From the NCBI GenBank assembly GCA_965248925.1, contig CBDFLE010000006.1, forward strand, positions 4,960,001 through 5,024,000: a stretch of DNA of 64,000 nt, given 5' to 3'. The position numbers were made by a program, and so were the translations under genes. Below, one piece after another: positions 28,138-39,004 of the stretch (positions within the stretch are counted from its first letter, which is position 1; the number at the start of each line of letters is the position of its first letter). The notes under the pieces were generated by a model that saw nothing but the letters and a program-made list of their open reading frames with translations, ran no database searches and was not told where the DNA came from. The DNA is from Candidatus Multivoradales bacterium. Its GTDB lineage: Bacteria; Acidobacteriota; Thermoanaerobaculia; Multivoradales; J023.

Positions 28138-28875
28138 TCAGTTGGGCGGCTGGGGGAAGCGGGCGAAGATCTCTCCAGCTATCTGCGCCGCCCAAGTGGC
28201 ATAGCCCACCGGGGCGAGATGGAATCCGTCGGGGCCGAACAGCTCGCTCGGATCGCCTTGGTCGATCGGTGGCAGATACCAGACCCCGGTGCGATGCTCG
28301 GCGAGGTTGGCGGTAATGCGGTCGATCTCGACTCCACGATGACCGAGAATCGTCGCCAGAGGTCGTGGGAAGCCAGGGAAGCTGTCGACTGGAGGCATGC
28401 CGATGAGCAAGATCGGGACCTCTGGGAAGCGCTTTTCTAGACGGTTCAAGAGAGTCTCAAGGTGCCGCCGCCAGGTCGAACGCCGGGTCAGCCGGACAGT
28501 GTCGTTGACTCCCAGATTGAGCACCAGCAAATCCGCCTGGTGGTTGGCGAGGCGGGGCAGCAGTTCGCTGATCGCCTCTTTGGCGGTGATTCCGCAGCGG
28601 CCGATCGCCCGCCAGCGCACGGCCTGCTGCCAGTGTCGAGAGAGGCTGTCGCCGAGCTGACCGGCCAGCGCGAGTTCCAGGCGTGGCACACCCACCCCAG
28701 CCGCTGGTGATTCGCCGATCAGCAAAAGACGCACCGGATCGCCGCCGCTGCCGGCGATGGCTGAAGCAGGTCCAGCAGCCTCGACCAGCTCAGGCAGGCG
28801 CCAGCTCACCCAGGCGGCCTGGGCCGCCAGCAGGGGCAGCAGAGGTAGGGAAAGTGAGAGTAGGCGCAGAGACAT
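28138..28875 (-). CDS. SGNH/GDSL hydrolase
   Basis: IGESPAAGVG block I, LGVND block III, DGFH block V. Confidence 0.88.
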   Translation of the reverse strand: MSLRLLSLSLPLLPLLAAQAAWVSWRLPELVEAAGPASAIAGSGGDPVRLLLIGESPAAGVGVPRLELALAGQLGDSLSRHWQQAVRWRAIGRCGITAKEAISELLPRLANHQADLLVLNLGVNDTVRLTRRSTWRRHLETLLNRLEKRFPEVPILLIGMPPVDSFPGFPRPLATILGHRGVEIDRITANLAEHRTGVWYLPPIDQGDPSELFGPDGFHLAPVGYATWAAQIAGEIFARFPQPPN

Positions 28876-28896
28876 GATCAGAGGTCTGGAGCCGTC

Positions 28897-30174
28897 TCAG
28901 CCGAGCCGTTCGATGATCGTTGCCTCTCCCTGGCCGACCCCGACACAGAGGGTCGCCAGGCCGTATTTCATCCCTTGACCTTGGCTGGCTCGGCGTTTCA
29001 TCTCGTGGATCAGGGTGGTCAGGATGCGGGCGCCGGAGCAGCCCAGGGGGTGGCCGAGGGCGATAGCGCCACCGTTGACATTGCAAATTTCCTGGCTTAG
29101 CCCGAGCCCTTGCAGCACCGCCAGGCTCTGAGCGGCGAAGGCTTCGTTGAGTTCGGCGAGGTCGATGTCGCTGATGGCCAGGCCGGCGCGGCCGAGAGCT
29201 TTGCCGGTGGCGCTGATCGGGCCGATGCCCATCACTCGCGGATCGACTCCGGCAACCGCTGAGCAAACCCAGCGGGCCAGGGGGCGCAGGCCGAGTTCGA
29301 CGGCCTTGGCGGCGGAGGTCAGCACCAGGGCGCAGGCGCCGTCGTTGAGGCCGGAGGAGTTTCCCGCTGTCACCGAGCCACCCTGACGGAAGGCTGGGCG
29401 AAGTTTGGCGAGCTGCTCGGCGCTGGTGGCCAGCTCGTAGCCGTTCTCGGTGCGGCGGTAGCGGGGGTGCTCGTCCACCGCGAAGACGATTGGCTCGCCC
29501 TTGCGCTGGGGGATTTCCACCGCCACGATCTCGTCGTCGAAACGGCCGGCGTTGATCGCCGCGACGGCTCGCCGTTGGCTTTCGAGAGCGAAGGCATCCT
29601 GGTCTTGGCGGCTGATCGGCTGGCCACCGTAGGCTCCTCGGTGGCTAGACTCAACCACATTCTCGGCCGTCTCGCCCATGCCTTCGAGCGGAAAGAGTTT
29701 GGCCAGCTTGGGGTTCGGGTAGCGCCAACCGAGGGTGGTGTCCCAGCCGGTGATATTGCCCGATGGACCAAAGCCCAGTGGATTCTTGGGCATCGAGTAA
29801 GGGGCTCGGGTCATCGATTCGACCCCACCGGCGACGTAGACCTCGCCCTCGCCACAGCGGATCGCCCGCGCCGCCTGGTTGACCGCGTTCAGGCCGCTGG
29901 CGCATAGCCGGTTGAGGGTGACCGCGCCGACCTCTTGCGGCAGGCCGGCGAGCAGGGCCGCCATTCGGGCGACGTTGCGGTTGTCTTCGCCGGCTTGGTT
30001 GGCGCAACCCAGATAGACCTCCTCGATGGTCGCCGGATCGACCCCGGAGCGTTCGACGGCAGCCCGGATCGCCAAGGCCGCCAGGTCGTCGGGCCGTACT
30101 TGCGACAAGGCGCCGCGGATGCGGCCAATGGGGGTGCGGATGGCACTGACGATGACGGCTTCGTTGGCTTTCAC
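28897..30174 (-). CDS. paaJ: 3-oxoadipyl-CoA/PaaJ-like thiolase
   Basis: [39 protein letters not shown]; paa context. Confidence 0.85.
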   Translation of the reverse strand: MKANEAVIVSAIRTPIGRIRGALSQVRPDDLAALAIRAAVERSGVDPATIEEVYLGCANQAGEDNRNVARMAALLAGLPQEVGAVTLNRLCASGLNAVNQAARAIRCGEGEVYVAGGVESMTRAPYSMPKNPLGFGPSGNITGWDTTLGWRYPNPKLAKLFPLEGMGETAENVVESSHRGAYGGQPISRQDQDAFALESQRRAVAAINAGRFDDEIVAVEIPQRKGEPIVFAVDEHPRYRRTENGYELATSAEQLAKLRPAFRQGGSVTAGNSSGLNDGACALVLTSAAKAVELGLRPLARWVCSAVAGVDPRVMGIGPISATGKALGRAGLAISDIDLAELNEAFAAQSLAVLQGLGLSQEICNVNGGAIALGHPLGCSGARILTTLIHEMKRRASQGQGMKYGLATLCVGVGQGEATIIERLG

Positions 30175-30223
30175 GAGAGCTTGCTCCTGGGATTGAAGTC
30201 GCTGACAGAAAAGGGTAAGTGGC

Positions 30224-30997
30224 CTATTTACCGCTGAAAATCGGTTGCCTCTTGGCTTGGAAAGCGCCGATACCCTCGGCGTAGTCGGCAGTGCGCGAGG
30301 CGGCACCCTGAGCGCTGGCCTCGGCGGTGAGGACGGCGCCGAGGCCCATGTGGTGAGTGTCCATCTGCCGCACCAACCGTTTCGATAGCAGAAAAGCCGC
30401 GGTCGGCCCTTGGGCTACACGCTGGGCCATTTTGGTGACCGTATCGACCAGGTCCTCGGCCGCCACTGCGGCGTTGACTAAACCTAAAGACGCGGCATCT
30501 GTACCGCTCAGCAAGCGGCCGGTGTAGATCAACTCCAGCGCCCGGTGCGGTCCCAGACGCTCAACCAGGTAGCGGTGACCGCCGCTGTCGAGCACTGCGC
30601 CGATGCGGGCGAAAGGGGATCCCAGCTTGGCCGACTCGGCGACATAGACCACGTCGCAAGCCAGCGCCAGGCCGAGGCCGACGCCCAGGGCGGCACCCTG
30701 GACGGCGGCGAAGGTCGGGGCCGGGAACTCGGCAACGCGACGCAGTAGGGGGTTGAAGGTCGTCGCTAGAATCGCTTCGGCATCCTCGCTGCCGGGCTCG
30801 GCATCGGCCAGATCGCGGCCGGCGCAAAAGGCCCGCCCTTCGGCGCGTAGCATCAGCGCCCGCACCCCGGCCGCCTCTGCTCGGTCGAGCACCCGCAGCA
30901 GGTCGGCCACCATCGCGTTGCCCATCGCGTTCATCTTGTCCGGCCGATTGAGCACGATATCGGCGAAATGGTCGTCAAGGTCGAGCACGACAGTCAT
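30224..30997 (-). CDS. paaG: Enoyl-CoA hydratase/isomerase, PaaG-like
   Basis: [26 protein letters not shown] (Asp of PaaG-type isomerases), DYAEGIGAF; paa context. Confidence 0.75.
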   Translation of the reverse strand: MTVVLDLDDHFADIVLNRPDKMNAMGNAMVADLLRVLDRAEAAGVRALMLRAEGRAFCAGRDLADAEPGSEDAEAILATTFNPLLRRVAEFPAPTFAAVQGAALGVGLGLALACDVVYVAESAKLGSPFARIGAVLDSGGHRYLVERLGPHRALELIYTGRLLSGTDAASLGLVNAAVAAEDLVDTVTKMAQRVAQGPTAAFLLSKRLVRQMDTHHMGLGAVLTAEASAQGAASRTADYAEGIGAFQAKRQPIFSGK

Positions 30998-31055
30998 CGA
31001 AGGCTCCTCTACGGGGTGGTTCAGCAAGTCGGTGGCTGTTCGCCAGCGGTTGTTT

Positions 31056-31095
31056 CGATACGATAGCGGCGGTTGAGCAAGTCATATTTGTATCA
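31056..31095. promoter_or_regulatory. Putative PaaX operator CGATAC-N28-GTATCA between divergent paaG and paaX
   Basis: Inverted half-sites with long spacer; same pattern upstream of paaZ. Confidence 0.65.
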
Positions 31096-31137
31096 TAAGG
31101 TGCGGCGTTGAGCCGGCGGTAGGAGGCCGCGGTATTC

Positions 31138-32067
31138 GTGGGCAATCCAGACATCACAGAACGAGCCCGCCTCTTTGGCGCCAAGGCGGATATCTCGGCG
31201 CGCTCGGTGCTGGTGACCATCTTTGGCGACTCGATAGCCGCTCTCGGCGGCGAGGTGTGGCTGGGTGATCTGATTGCTTTGACTCGGCCGTTCGGCTTTA
31301 GCGAGCGGCTGATCCGTACCTCCCTATTTCGGCTGGTGGCGGAAGGTTGGTGCGCCACGACCCGCGTCGGCCGGCGTAGCCGCTACTCCCTGACCCCCTA
31401 TGCCAGCGCCGAGTCCGCCGATGCCGACCGACGGATATACCAACCGCGAGCAGCCGAGTGGGATGGCGGCTGGACGATCGTTTTCAGTCGTGCCAGCGAC
31501 CTCGGCAGCGAACAGCGAGGGCGCTTACACGAACATCTCGGCTGGCGAGGTTTTGGCCGTCTCAGTATCGGTGCTTGGGCATTTCCCGATGGCGACACCA
31601 GCAGCGCGCATGGGGTGCTCGAACGGCTGGGTCTGGCCGGCCGAGTGCCAATCGCCAGTGCTCGTTTCGACCAACTGCCCCGGCTGGTGGGGGATGGGCT
31701 GCTGACGGTCGGCTTCGGTCTCGATAAAGTCGCCAAGAGCTATCGCGATTTTGTTGAGCGCTACACTTGGACCGCCGACCTCGATGCCGGGTCCTTGGCC
31801 ACCGAAGACGCCTTCGTCATCCGCACCATGCTGATCCACGAGTTTCGTCGCCCGCGTCTTCATGACCCCGGTCTGCCGGCAGCCCTGCTGTCCGCAAGCT
31901 GGGTCGGTCGCCAAGCCTTCGACCTCGCCGCCGCCACCTATCGCCGGGTTGATCCCATGGCTTGGGCCTGGCTGGCGGAGGTCACCGCACTTGGGCCGCC
32001 AGATCCTGTTCAACTTGCCGAGCAGCGGTTCCCAGCGCCCTCGGTACTGACCACTGAGGAAGAATAG
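31138..32067 (+). CDS. paaX: Phenylacetate degradation repressor PaaX
   Basis: ARSVLVTIFGD, SERLIRTSLFRL..EGW, RIY..WDGGW, LIHEFRR..DPGLP. Confidence 0.93.
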   Translation: MGNPDITERARLFGAKADISARSVLVTIFGDSIAALGGEVWLGDLIALTRPFGFSERLIRTSLFRLVAEGWCATTRVGRRSRYSLTPYASAESADADRRIYQPRAAEWDGGWTIVFSRASDLGSEQRGRLHEHLGWRGFGRLSIGAWAFPDGDTSSAHGVLERLGLAGRVPIASARFDQLPRLVGDGLLTVGFGLDKVAKSYRDFVERYTWTADLDAGSLATEDAFVIRTMLIHEFRRPRLHDPGLPAALLSASWVGRQAFDLAAATYRRVDPMAWAWLAEVTALGPPDPVQLAEQRFPAPSVLTTEEE

Positions 32068-32069
32068 CC

Positions 32070-32585
32070 ATGAACTCAAAAGACTTGCTGCGCCAGAATT
32101 TAGAAGTAAACGGCAAACGCGTCCTCAACCTGCTGCAGACGATGCGCGAGCAACCCTTGACCTTCCCGACCCCCAACGGCGGCTGCCACCCGCTGTGGAT
32201 TCTCGGCCATCTGGCCTACACTGAGAGCTACGTCGTCCGCACGGTGATGCTCGGCGAGCCCAATCCGTTGGCGGAGATGCAAGAGCAGTTCGGGAACGGC
32301 TCGCAGCCAGTCGCCGACGCTTCGGTCTATCCCTCTTTCGACCCGCTGATAACCCGCTGTCGCGAAGTCCGCGACGCCACCTTGGCGACCCTTGAGTCGA
32401 TGAGCGAAGAGGATCTCGATCAGCCCGGCCAGAAAGTACCAGAGCGCATGGCCCGCACATGGACCAGCTGCCGCAGCTGTTTGCAATTCACCGCCGACCA
32501 TTGGTACATGCACTTCGGTCAGGTGCTCGACGCCCGCCGGGCCAGCCGTGGGGTGGGAGGTCGAGAAGATGAACTGCAACAGTGA
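32070..32585 (+). CDS. DinB/YfiT family protein
   Basis: HPLWILGHLA and HWYMHFGQ His motifs. Confidence 0.85.
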   Translation: MNSKDLLRQNLEVNGKRVLNLLQTMREQPLTFPTPNGGCHPLWILGHLAYTESYVVRTVMLGEPNPLAEMQEQFGNGSQPVADASVYPSFDPLITRCREVRDATLATLESMSEEDLDQPGQKVPERMARTWTSCRSCLQFTADHWYMHFGQVLDARRASRGVGGREDELQQ

Positions 32586-32616
32586 CTTAGTCCACTGCTT
32601 TGTTTAGTCTTTTTGC

Positions 32617-32847
32617 ATGACCCAGGTCAATATCCACGAAGCCAAGACTCATCTCTCGCGGTTGTTGAAGCGCGTTGTAGCTGGCGAAGAGATCGTGATC
32701 GCCAAGGCTGGAATGCCGGTCGCTCGCTTGGTGGCGGTCGACAAGCGGCCGCACCGTGTCGTCGGGCAGGACGCCGGCCTGTTCGAGGTGCCCGAAGACT
32801 TCAACGACCCGCTGCCCGAAACGGTGCTCGCGAGTTTCGAGGGATGA
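32617..32847 (+). CDS. Phd/YefM family antitoxin
   Basis: VNIHEAKTHLSRLL..GEEIVIAKAG.PVARLV..FNDPLP. Confidence 0.92.
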   Translation: MTQVNIHEAKTHLSRLLKRVVAGEEIVIAKAGMPVARLVAVDKRPHRVVGQDAGLFEVPEDFNDPLPETVLASFEG

Positions 32848-33236
32848 GGATTCTGCTGGACACCCACTGCTGGCTCTAGATGCAGGTGTCGCCGCAGCGA
32901 TTCTCCGCCGACGCACTGGCCCTGGTGGCCGACTCCGACCACGAGTTCTACTTGTCGGCGGCAAGCGCCTGGGAAATTGCCTTCAAGTGGACTCTGGGCA
33001 AGCTCCCCTTGCCTCAGCCGCCGGCGGAATACCTGCCGCGCTGCCTGGAGCGACAGGGCGTTCTGGGACTACCGCTTCAGCTTCGCCACGCCTTGCATGT
33101 GGCTAGTTTGCCACCCCACCACGGCGACCCTTTTGACCGACTTCTCGTGGCGCAGGCGCAGATCGAAGAACTCACTTTCCTCACCGCCGATCGCCAGTTG
33201 GGGGCCTACGAGGAAGTTGAAATCCTGTGGGCTTGA
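32844..33236 (+). pseudogene. vapC: VapC (PIN) toxin with premature TAG at codon 12
   Basis: MRILLDTHCWL then TAG (32877-32879, likely from TGG). Continues in frame with SAASAWEI and HGDPFDRLLVAQA. Confidence 0.9.
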
Positions 33237-33239
33237 TAC

Positions 33240-34298
33240 TCAACGATCGTAATCCACCACCACCCACCCGCTCAGCGGCTCGGCTTGGCAGGTGAGGATG
33301 TAGCCGCGTTCGACGTCGTCGGGTTCGATGCCGTGGACGGTGTCCATCTTGACTTCGCCTTCGCGCAACAGGGCGCGGCAGGTGGCGCAGACGCCAGCGC
33401 GGCAGGAGTAGGGGGCGTCGCGGCGCACGCGGGCGACGGCGTCGAGGATGCGTTCGCCGGCTCGGACTTGTAAGTCGGTGGTGCGGCCGCCCAGGGTGAC
33501 GGTACCGCGAGCGATGACATCGGCATCTTCGGCAGCTTGGCGGCGAGGAGCTGGTTTGCCAGCGTAGAACAGCTCGCGGTGGATCTGGTCGTTGTCGGCA
33601 CCGGTGGCGGTGAGCACGGTGGTGACGTTTTCCACCAACTCCATCGGGCCGCAAGCGAAGTAATGATCGGCGTCTGGGGGCAAGATGCCGTGTTCTAGGA
33701 AGGCCTCTAGGCGTTCACGGTCGGGGCGGTCGGAGAGTAAAGGCAGCAGGGTGGGCTCGCGGGTGAAGACGTACCACAGCGATAGTCGGCCGAGATGGCG
33801 GTTGCGAAGCCCTTCGAGTTCATCGAGCAGCATGGTGCTGGCGGTGTTCTGGTTGATGTAAATCAGGCTCGCTCGTGAGTCGGGTTCGTGCTTCAGGATG
33901 GTGGATAAGATCGACAGAATCGGCGTAATGCCACTGCCGGCGGCGACTAGGCCATAGCTGCGGCTGCTGGCCGGCTCCAAGGTGTGGGTGAAGGAACCTG
34001 CGGGGGGCAGCACGTCGACTGAGTCGCCTGCTCTGAGCTGGTCATTGGCCCAGTTTGAGAACAGCCCCCCTGCGATGCGTTTGATGGCGACTCGCAAGGG
34101 ACCGTCCGGCGCCGGGCTGCACAGCGAGTAGCTGCGCCGGGCCTCTTGCTTGCCGAAGGAGCGGCGTAGGGTCAGATGCTGGCCATGGGCGAAGGTCCAG
34201 GGCTCACCAGCGGGTGGGTCGAAGGTCACCACCACGCTATCGTCGGTATCGCGGTGGGTCTCGGCGACCCGCAGGGCTTGAAATTTTCCGCTCGCCAT
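33240..34298 (-). CDS. paaE: Phenylacetyl-CoA epoxidase reductase subunit
   Basis: GQHLTLR, RRSYSLCS, AAGSGITP, FACGP, CRAGVCATC..LTCQA [2Fe-2S]. Confidence 0.92.
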   Translation of the reverse strand: MASGKFQALRVAETHRDTDDSVVVTFDPPAGEPWTFAHGQHLTLRRSFGKQEARRSYSLCSPAPDGPLRVAIKRIAGGLFSNWANDQLRAGDSVDVLPPAGSFTHTLEPASSRSYGLVAAGSGITPILSILSTILKHEPDSRASLIYINQNTASTMLLDELEGLRNRHLGRLSLWYVFTREPTLLPLLSDRPDRERLEAFLEHGILPPDADHYFACGPMELVENVTTVLTATGADNDQIHRELFYAGKPAPRRQAAEDADVIARGTVTLGGRTTDLQVRAGERILDAVARVRRDAPYSCRAGVCATCRALLREGEVKMDTVHGIEPDDVERGYILTCQAEPLSGWVVVDYDR

Positions 34299-34311
34299 CA
34301 GGGAAGCCTCC

Positions 34312-34797
34312 CTACAGGATCTTGAAACGCTCGAAGGGTTCTTTGCAGCTCTCGCACACACACGGCGCTTTGCAGGCCGTGCCACCGAAGCAGGAGATCT
34401 GGCGCACCTGCCGCGAACCGCAACGCGGGCAGGCGACGGTCTCAGCCGCCGCCTCGGCGCTGCCGCACTTGGCCGGAGGTGCAATGCCGGCCGCGGCCAG
34501 CTTTTCGCGACCTCTCTGGCTGATGTCGTCGCTCGACCAAGCTGGCGCCAATAGAAAACGAATCCGCGGCTGGTAACCGGCCGCCACCAAGCTGGCCTCG
34601 ACATCGGCGCGGATCTGCTCGGTTGCCGGGCAGCCGCTGTAGGTCGGAGTCAGATCGACCTCCACTTGCTGACCCTCGCAGCGCACCTCACGCACCATTC
34701 CCAGTTCGCCTATGGTGACCAGCGGCAACTCTGGATCGAGCACGTCTTCTACCAGGCGGACGGCTCGGGTGCGGAATGGCGCGGCGCTGTTGCTCAC
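34312..34797 (-). CDS. paaD: Phenylacetyl-CoA epoxidase subunit D
   Basis: DPELP..LGMVR, TPTYSGCPA, CPRCGS..TACKA..C.SCKEPF. Confidence 0.93.
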   Translation of the reverse strand: MSNSAAPFRTRAVRLVEDVLDPELPLVTIGELGMVREVRCEGQQVEVDLTPTYSGCPATEQIRADVEASLVAAGYQPRIRFLLAPAWSSDDISQRGREKLAAAGIAPPAKCGSAEAAAETVACPRCGSRQVRQISCFGGTACKAPCVCESCKEPFERFKIL

Positions 34798-35567
34798 CAA
34801 CTGGCCCCAGGGTGGGCGCGGGCCACCACCTGCAACTCGCCGAGCAAGTACGACAGATGCTCACTGTGGAGGCCTCGCCGGCCGCCGGTGGCGGTGGCAG
34901 CGGTCTCGGGGATCCTCAAAGTGGCTTCTCTCATGGTGTCGGCGAGGGTCCGTCGCCAGGCTTGGCGGATCTCGGCCGGATCGGCTGCCACACCGGCGGC
35001 GATCAGCTGGACTTCGACCGAGTCGGTTTCGAACAGCTCGGTGTGATAGCGCCACAGCCAGTCGAAGGCTTCTTGGCAGCGGCGGTGGCTCTCCTCGGTG
35101 CCATCGCCGAGGCGCAGGATCCAGCCGCGGGCGTGGCGCAGATGGTAGCTCGATTCCTTGACCGCTTTGCCGGCGATCGCCGCCAAGGCCTGGTCGCGGC
35201 TGCTGGTCATCGCTTGCCAGTAGGGCAGGGCGAAGGCGTCGTGTAGCAGCTGGCGCACCATGGTGTGGGCGAAATCGCCATTGGGCTGCTCGACCAGCAG
35301 TGGATTCATGAACTCTTGGGCGCCACGTTGGTAAGCGTAGAAGTCCTCGTCGCGGTTGCTTCCGGGGGACTCTGAGTTTTCGATCTCGCTGGCGTATTGA
35401 TAGAGCAGCCTGGCTTGGCCGAGGAGGTCGAGGGCGATGTTGGTCAATGCCATCTCCTCTTCCAATTCGTGGGCGTGGGCGGTCCATTCGCCGAGGCGCT
35501 GCGAGAGCACCAGCAGGCGGTCGGCCTGGCGCAGGAGGTAGGTGAGGAGGGGCTGTGCTTGGCTCAT
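34794..35567 (-). CDS. paaC: Phenylacetyl-CoA epoxidase subunit C
   Basis: LEEEMALTNIALDLLGQAR, EQPNGDFA, KESSYH, RLGDGTEES, HPGASW. Confidence 0.95.
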   Translation of the reverse strand: MSQAQPLLTYLLRQADRLLVLSQRLGEWTAHAHELEEEMALTNIALDLLGQARLLYQYASEIENSESPGSNRDEDFYAYQRGAQEFMNPLLVEQPNGDFAHTMVRQLLHDAFALPYWQAMTSSRDQALAAIAGKAVKESSYHLRHARGWILRLGDGTEESHRRCQEAFDWLWRYHTELFETDSVEVQLIAAGVAADPAEIRQAWRRTLADTMREATLRIPETAATATGGRRGLHSEHLSYLLGELQVVARAHPGASW

Positions 35568-35586
35568 GGTGGTGCTACCTGCTCAG

Positions 35587-35877
35587 CTACATGTTGGAGA
35601 CTTCGTCTGGCAGCCGGTAGTCCGCGGCGTGGCGGTAGCTCTTGTCGGCGGCCGGATCGAAGAGTTCGTCGTGATTCTCCGGCTGTGAAGCGATGATGTG
35701 CGCGGAGCGCACCACCCACAGGCTCTCGCCCTCTTGGCGCCGGGTGAAGAGGTCGCGGGCGCCCTGCAGGGCAAGTTCGCCGTCGGCGGCGTGGACGGTG
35801 CCGACGTGACTGTGGCTGACTCCGCGATGGCTGCGGACGAAGACCTCCCAAGCAGGCTGGCCACTATCGCCGCTCAT
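35587..35877 (-). CDS. paaB: Phenylacetyl-CoA epoxidase subunit B
   Basis: [36 protein letters not shown]. Confidence 0.95.
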   Translation of the reverse strand: MSGDSGQPAWEVFVRSHRGVSHSHVGTVHAADGELALQGARDLFTRRQEGESLWVVRSAHIIASQPENHDELFDPAADKSYRHAADYRLPDEVSNM

Positions 35878-36830
35878 GCCGCCGCCCTTTCGCTGGCGCG
35901 TTTTTCGGCGTAGGCAGCGGCCGCATCTCGCACCCAAGCGCCATCGTCATGAGCTGCCACCCTGGTGCGCATACGTTCGGCGTTCAGCGGTCCGTCGCCC
36001 GCCACCACACGGGCAAACTCGTCCCAGTCGATGGCGCCGATCTGGTAGTGCCCGGAAGCTGAGTCAAGGCGCAGGTCGGCGTCCGGCACTTGCAAGTCGA
36101 GCAGCTCGGCTTGGGGCACCGTGGCGTCGACAAAGCGCTGTCGCAGCTCGTCGTTGGAGAAGCGCTTGATCTTCCACGCCATGCTCTGGCTGCTGTGGGT
36201 GGAGGCCGAGTCCGGCGGCCCGAACATCATTAGCGATGGCCACCACCAGCGGTCGAGGGCGTCTTGAGCCATCGCCTTCTGCGCCGCGCTACCGTTGGCC
36301 AAGGTGAGCATGATTTGGTAGCCCTGGCGTTGGTGGAAGCTCTCTTCCTTGCAGATCCGCACCATGGCGCGGGCGTAGGGGCCGAAGGAACACCGGCATA
36401 GCGGTACTTGATTCATGATCGCCGCCCCGTCCACCAACCAGCCGATAGCGCCGACATCGGCCCAGGTTAGGGTGGGGTAGTTGAAGATGCTGGAGTATTT
36501 CTGCCGCTGGCTGTGCAGCCGCTCCATCATTTCGTCGCGGCTGATGCCGAGGGTCTCAGCCGCGCCGTAAAGGTAGAGCCCGTGGCCGGCCTCGTCCTGC
36601 ACTTTGGCTATCAACACTGCCTTGCGCCGTAGCGAGGGCGCGCGGCTGATCCAGTTGCCCTCGGGTTGCATGCCGATGATTTCGGAGTGGGCGTGCTGGG
36701 CGATCTGGCGGATCAGGGTCTTGCGGTATCTCTCCGGCATCCAATCGTTGGGCTCGATCGACTGATCGGCGGCAATCAGGGAGTCGAAGCGGGCTTGCGC
36801 CGCGCTAGGCTGAGCGGTGGTGTCAGTCAT
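35874..36830 (-). CDS. paaA: Phenylacetyl-CoA epoxidase subunit A
   Basis: [43 protein letters not shown] di-iron motifs. Confidence 0.97.
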   Translation of the reverse strand: MTDTTAQPSAAQARFDSLIAADQSIEPNDWMPERYRKTLIRQIAQHAHSEIIGMQPEGNWISRAPSLRRKAVLIAKVQDEAGHGLYLYGAAETLGISRDEMMERLHSQRQKYSSIFNYPTLTWADVGAIGWLVDGAAIMNQVPLCRCSFGPYARAMVRICKEESFHQRQGYQIMLTLANGSAAQKAMAQDALDRWWWPSLMMFGPPDSASTHSSQSMAWKIKRFSNDELRQRFVDATVPQAELLDLQVPDADLRLDSASGHYQIGAIDWDEFARVVAGDGPLNAERMRTRVAAHDDGAWVRDAAAAYAEKRASERAAA

Positions 36831-38868
36831 CGAGATTCTCTCCTTCGTAATTGGCAACCATGGTCAGGACGTCGTAGGCGGCGACGATCTCGTCGTTCTG
36901 ATTTAACACCTGGGTGTCCCAGCGCACTTCGCCATAGCCGGCGCCCACCCGCAGCGATTTCTGCTTGCAAGTGAAGATCACTCGCAGTTCGTCGCCAGGG
37001 TAGGCCGGAGTGATGAAGCGCAGCTTCTCGAGGCCGGTGTTGGCCAGCACCGGCCCCGGATCGGGCCACACGAAGAGGCCGGCGGCGGCGGCCACCACGA
37101 AATAGCCGTGGGCGACCCGACCTTCGAAGATTGGGCTCTGCTTGGCGGCTTCCTCATCCATGTGGGCGTAGAAGCGGTCGCCGCTTAGGTCGGCGAAGCG
37201 CTCGATGTCTTCTAGCGTGATGCGTCGCGACTCGGTCTCGATCGAGTGGCCAATCTGCAACTCTTCGAAGTGAAGTTTGAAGGGGTGAGGGCCGTCGGTG
37301 TGGCGGCTGGCGCCGGTGATGTAGCGGCCGGTGACCGCCATCAGCGAGTCGGGCGAGCCCTGCACCGCGGTGCGTTGCATGTAATGCGTCACCCCGCGCA
37401 TACCGCCGAGTTCCTCGCCGCCGCCGGCGCGACCCGGCCCGCCGTGCACCATCTGCGGCAAGGGCGAGCCGTGTCCGGTGCTGGTTTTGGCGCAAGCCTG
37501 GCTGGCGACCAGCACCCGGCCGTGGTGGCAGGCGATGCCGAGGGTCAGCTCGACGCTCTCCTGGTTGGAGCTGGCGAACACCGAGGCCACCAGGCTGCCG
37601 CCGCCGAGGGCGGCCAGGTCGATGGCATCGTCGAGTGAGTCGTAGCCGATCAAGGTCGATACCGGTCCGAAAGCCTCGATCTGGTGCACTTCCGCGGCCC
37701 GCGGGTCGCGCGCGCGCAGCACGGTGGGGGCGACAAAGGCGCCGTGCTGGTGGTCGACCGCGCCAAAAATGTCGCGATCGGGAGACAACACCACGTCGGC
37801 GGCGTCGGTGATCGAGGCGATGGCCGCCGAGACCTCGTCCACTTGGTCGCGACTGGCTAGCGGCCCCATGTCGGTGCCCTTGATTCCCGGATCGCCCACC
37901 TGGACCCGTTCGAGCTTCATGGTCAAGGCATCACCGACTGCGTCGAGCAGGGAATTGGGGACGATGGCGCGGCGGATGGCGGTGCATTTCTGTCCCGCCT
38001 TGACGGTCATTTCCTGCACTACCTCTTGCACGAAGAGATCGAATTCGGCACTGCCAGGCGCTGCCGAAGGGGCCAAGATGGCGGCGTTGAGTGAGTCCGC
38101 CTCGGCATTGAAGCGTACCGAATTGGCGATCACCGCCGGGTGCTGGCGGAGCATCTGGGCGGTGGTCGCGGAGCCGGTGAAGGCGACCACGTCCTGCCCC
38201 CCTAGGTGGTCGAGCAGGTCGCCCGCGCTACCGCAGATCAACTGGATCGAGCCTGCTGGCAAGATCTCTGAGGCGATGATGTCGCGCACCATGGCCTCGG
38301 TCAGATAGGCGGTCTGGCTGGCCGGTTTGACAATCGCTGGCATGCCGGCAAGCAAGGTCGGAGCCAGTTTTTCGAGCATCCCCCAACAGGGGAAGTTGAA
38401 GGCGTTGATGTGCACCGCCACCCCCCGCCGCGGGGTGAGGATGTGCAAGCCCAAGAAACTGCCGTCGCGCGACAGCATGTCTGGCTCGCCGTCGACCCAC
38501 ACCTTGGTGTTGGGCAGCTCACGTCGGGCCTTGCTGGAGTAGGCGAAGAGCACGCCGATGCCCCCCTCGATGTCGATCCACGAATCGCGGCGGGTGGCGC
38601 CGGTGGCGGTCGACAGCTGGTACAGGGCAGCCTTGCGCTCCAGCAGGTACTTGGCCAGCGCCTTCAACGCCAAAGCCCGTTGATGGAAATTCTGCCGCCG
38701 CAGCGCCGGCCCACCGACCCGCTTGGCGTAGTCGACCGCGGCGGCGAAATCCACCCCGGAGGACGAAATATCCGCCACCGGCTCACCGGTCGCGGCATGG
38801 CGGAGGACCTTGCCGGGGTCTATCGGTGCCGTCCAGCGGCCGCCGACATAGCTTTCCAGAGTCTGCAT
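36823..38868 (-). CDS. paaZ: Bifunctional oxepin-CoA hydrolase/aldehyde dehydrogenase PaaZ
   Basis: [32 protein letters not shown]-terminal MaoC domain [15 protein letters not shown]; GAGGAG RBS before ATG 38868. Confidence 0.96.
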   Translation of the reverse strand: MQTLESYVGGRWTAPIDPGKVLRHAATGEPVADISSSGVDFAAAVDYAKRVGGPALRRQNFHQRALALKALAKYLLERKAALYQLSTATGATRRDSWIDIEGGIGVLFAYSSKARRELPNTKVWVDGEPDMLSRDGSFLGLHILTPRRGVAVHINAFNFPCWGMLEKLAPTLLAGMPAIVKPASQTAYLTEAMVRDIIASEILPAGSIQLICGSAGDLLDHLGGQDVVAFTGSATTAQMLRQHPAVIANSVRFNAEADSLNAAILAPSAAPGSAEFDLFVQEVVQEMTVKAGQKCTAIRRAIVPNSLLDAVGDALTMKLERVQVGDPGIKGTDMGPLASRDQVDEVSAAIASITDAADVVLSPDRDIFGAVDHQHGAFVAPTVLRARDPRAAEVHQIEAFGPVSTLIGYDSLDDAIDLAALGGGSLVASVFASSNQESVELTLGIACHHGRVLVASQACAKTSTGHGSPLPQMVHGGPGRAGGGEELGGMRGVTHYMQRTAVQGSPDSLMAVTGRYITGASRHTDGPHPFKLHFEELQIGHSIETESRRITLEDIERFADLSGDRFYAHMDEEAAKQSPIFEGRVAHGYFVVAAAAGLFVWPDPGPVLANTGLEKLRFITPAYPGDELRVIFTCKQKSLRVGAGYGEVRWDTQVLNQNDEIVAAYDVLTMVANYEGENLDD

Positions 38869-38913
38869 GCGGGTGTGCTCTCCTCGCGAATCAGGGGCTT
38901 GGGGTGTGACGGT

Positions 38914-38956
38914 CATGATACTCCATTCCTGGAGTCTGTTCCAGCTGCGTATCATG
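38914..38956. promoter_or_regulatory. Putative PaaX operator CATGATAC-N27-GTATCATG upstream of paaZ
   Basis: Perfect 8-bp inverted repeat with 27-bp spacer, the geometry of the E. coli PaaX operator TGATTC-N27-GAATCA. Confidence 0.8.
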
Positions 38957-39004
38957 TTGTGCTGGCGTAGAATCGCGGCTTTGCGGGGTAAGATGTTTAC
39001 TCAA

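Noticed and set aside
32877-32879. TAG read-through (pyrrolysine or recoding) in vapC
   Set aside because: Many genes here end in TAG, the position is normally Trp, and no pyl genes are visible; a simple nonsense change is more likely.
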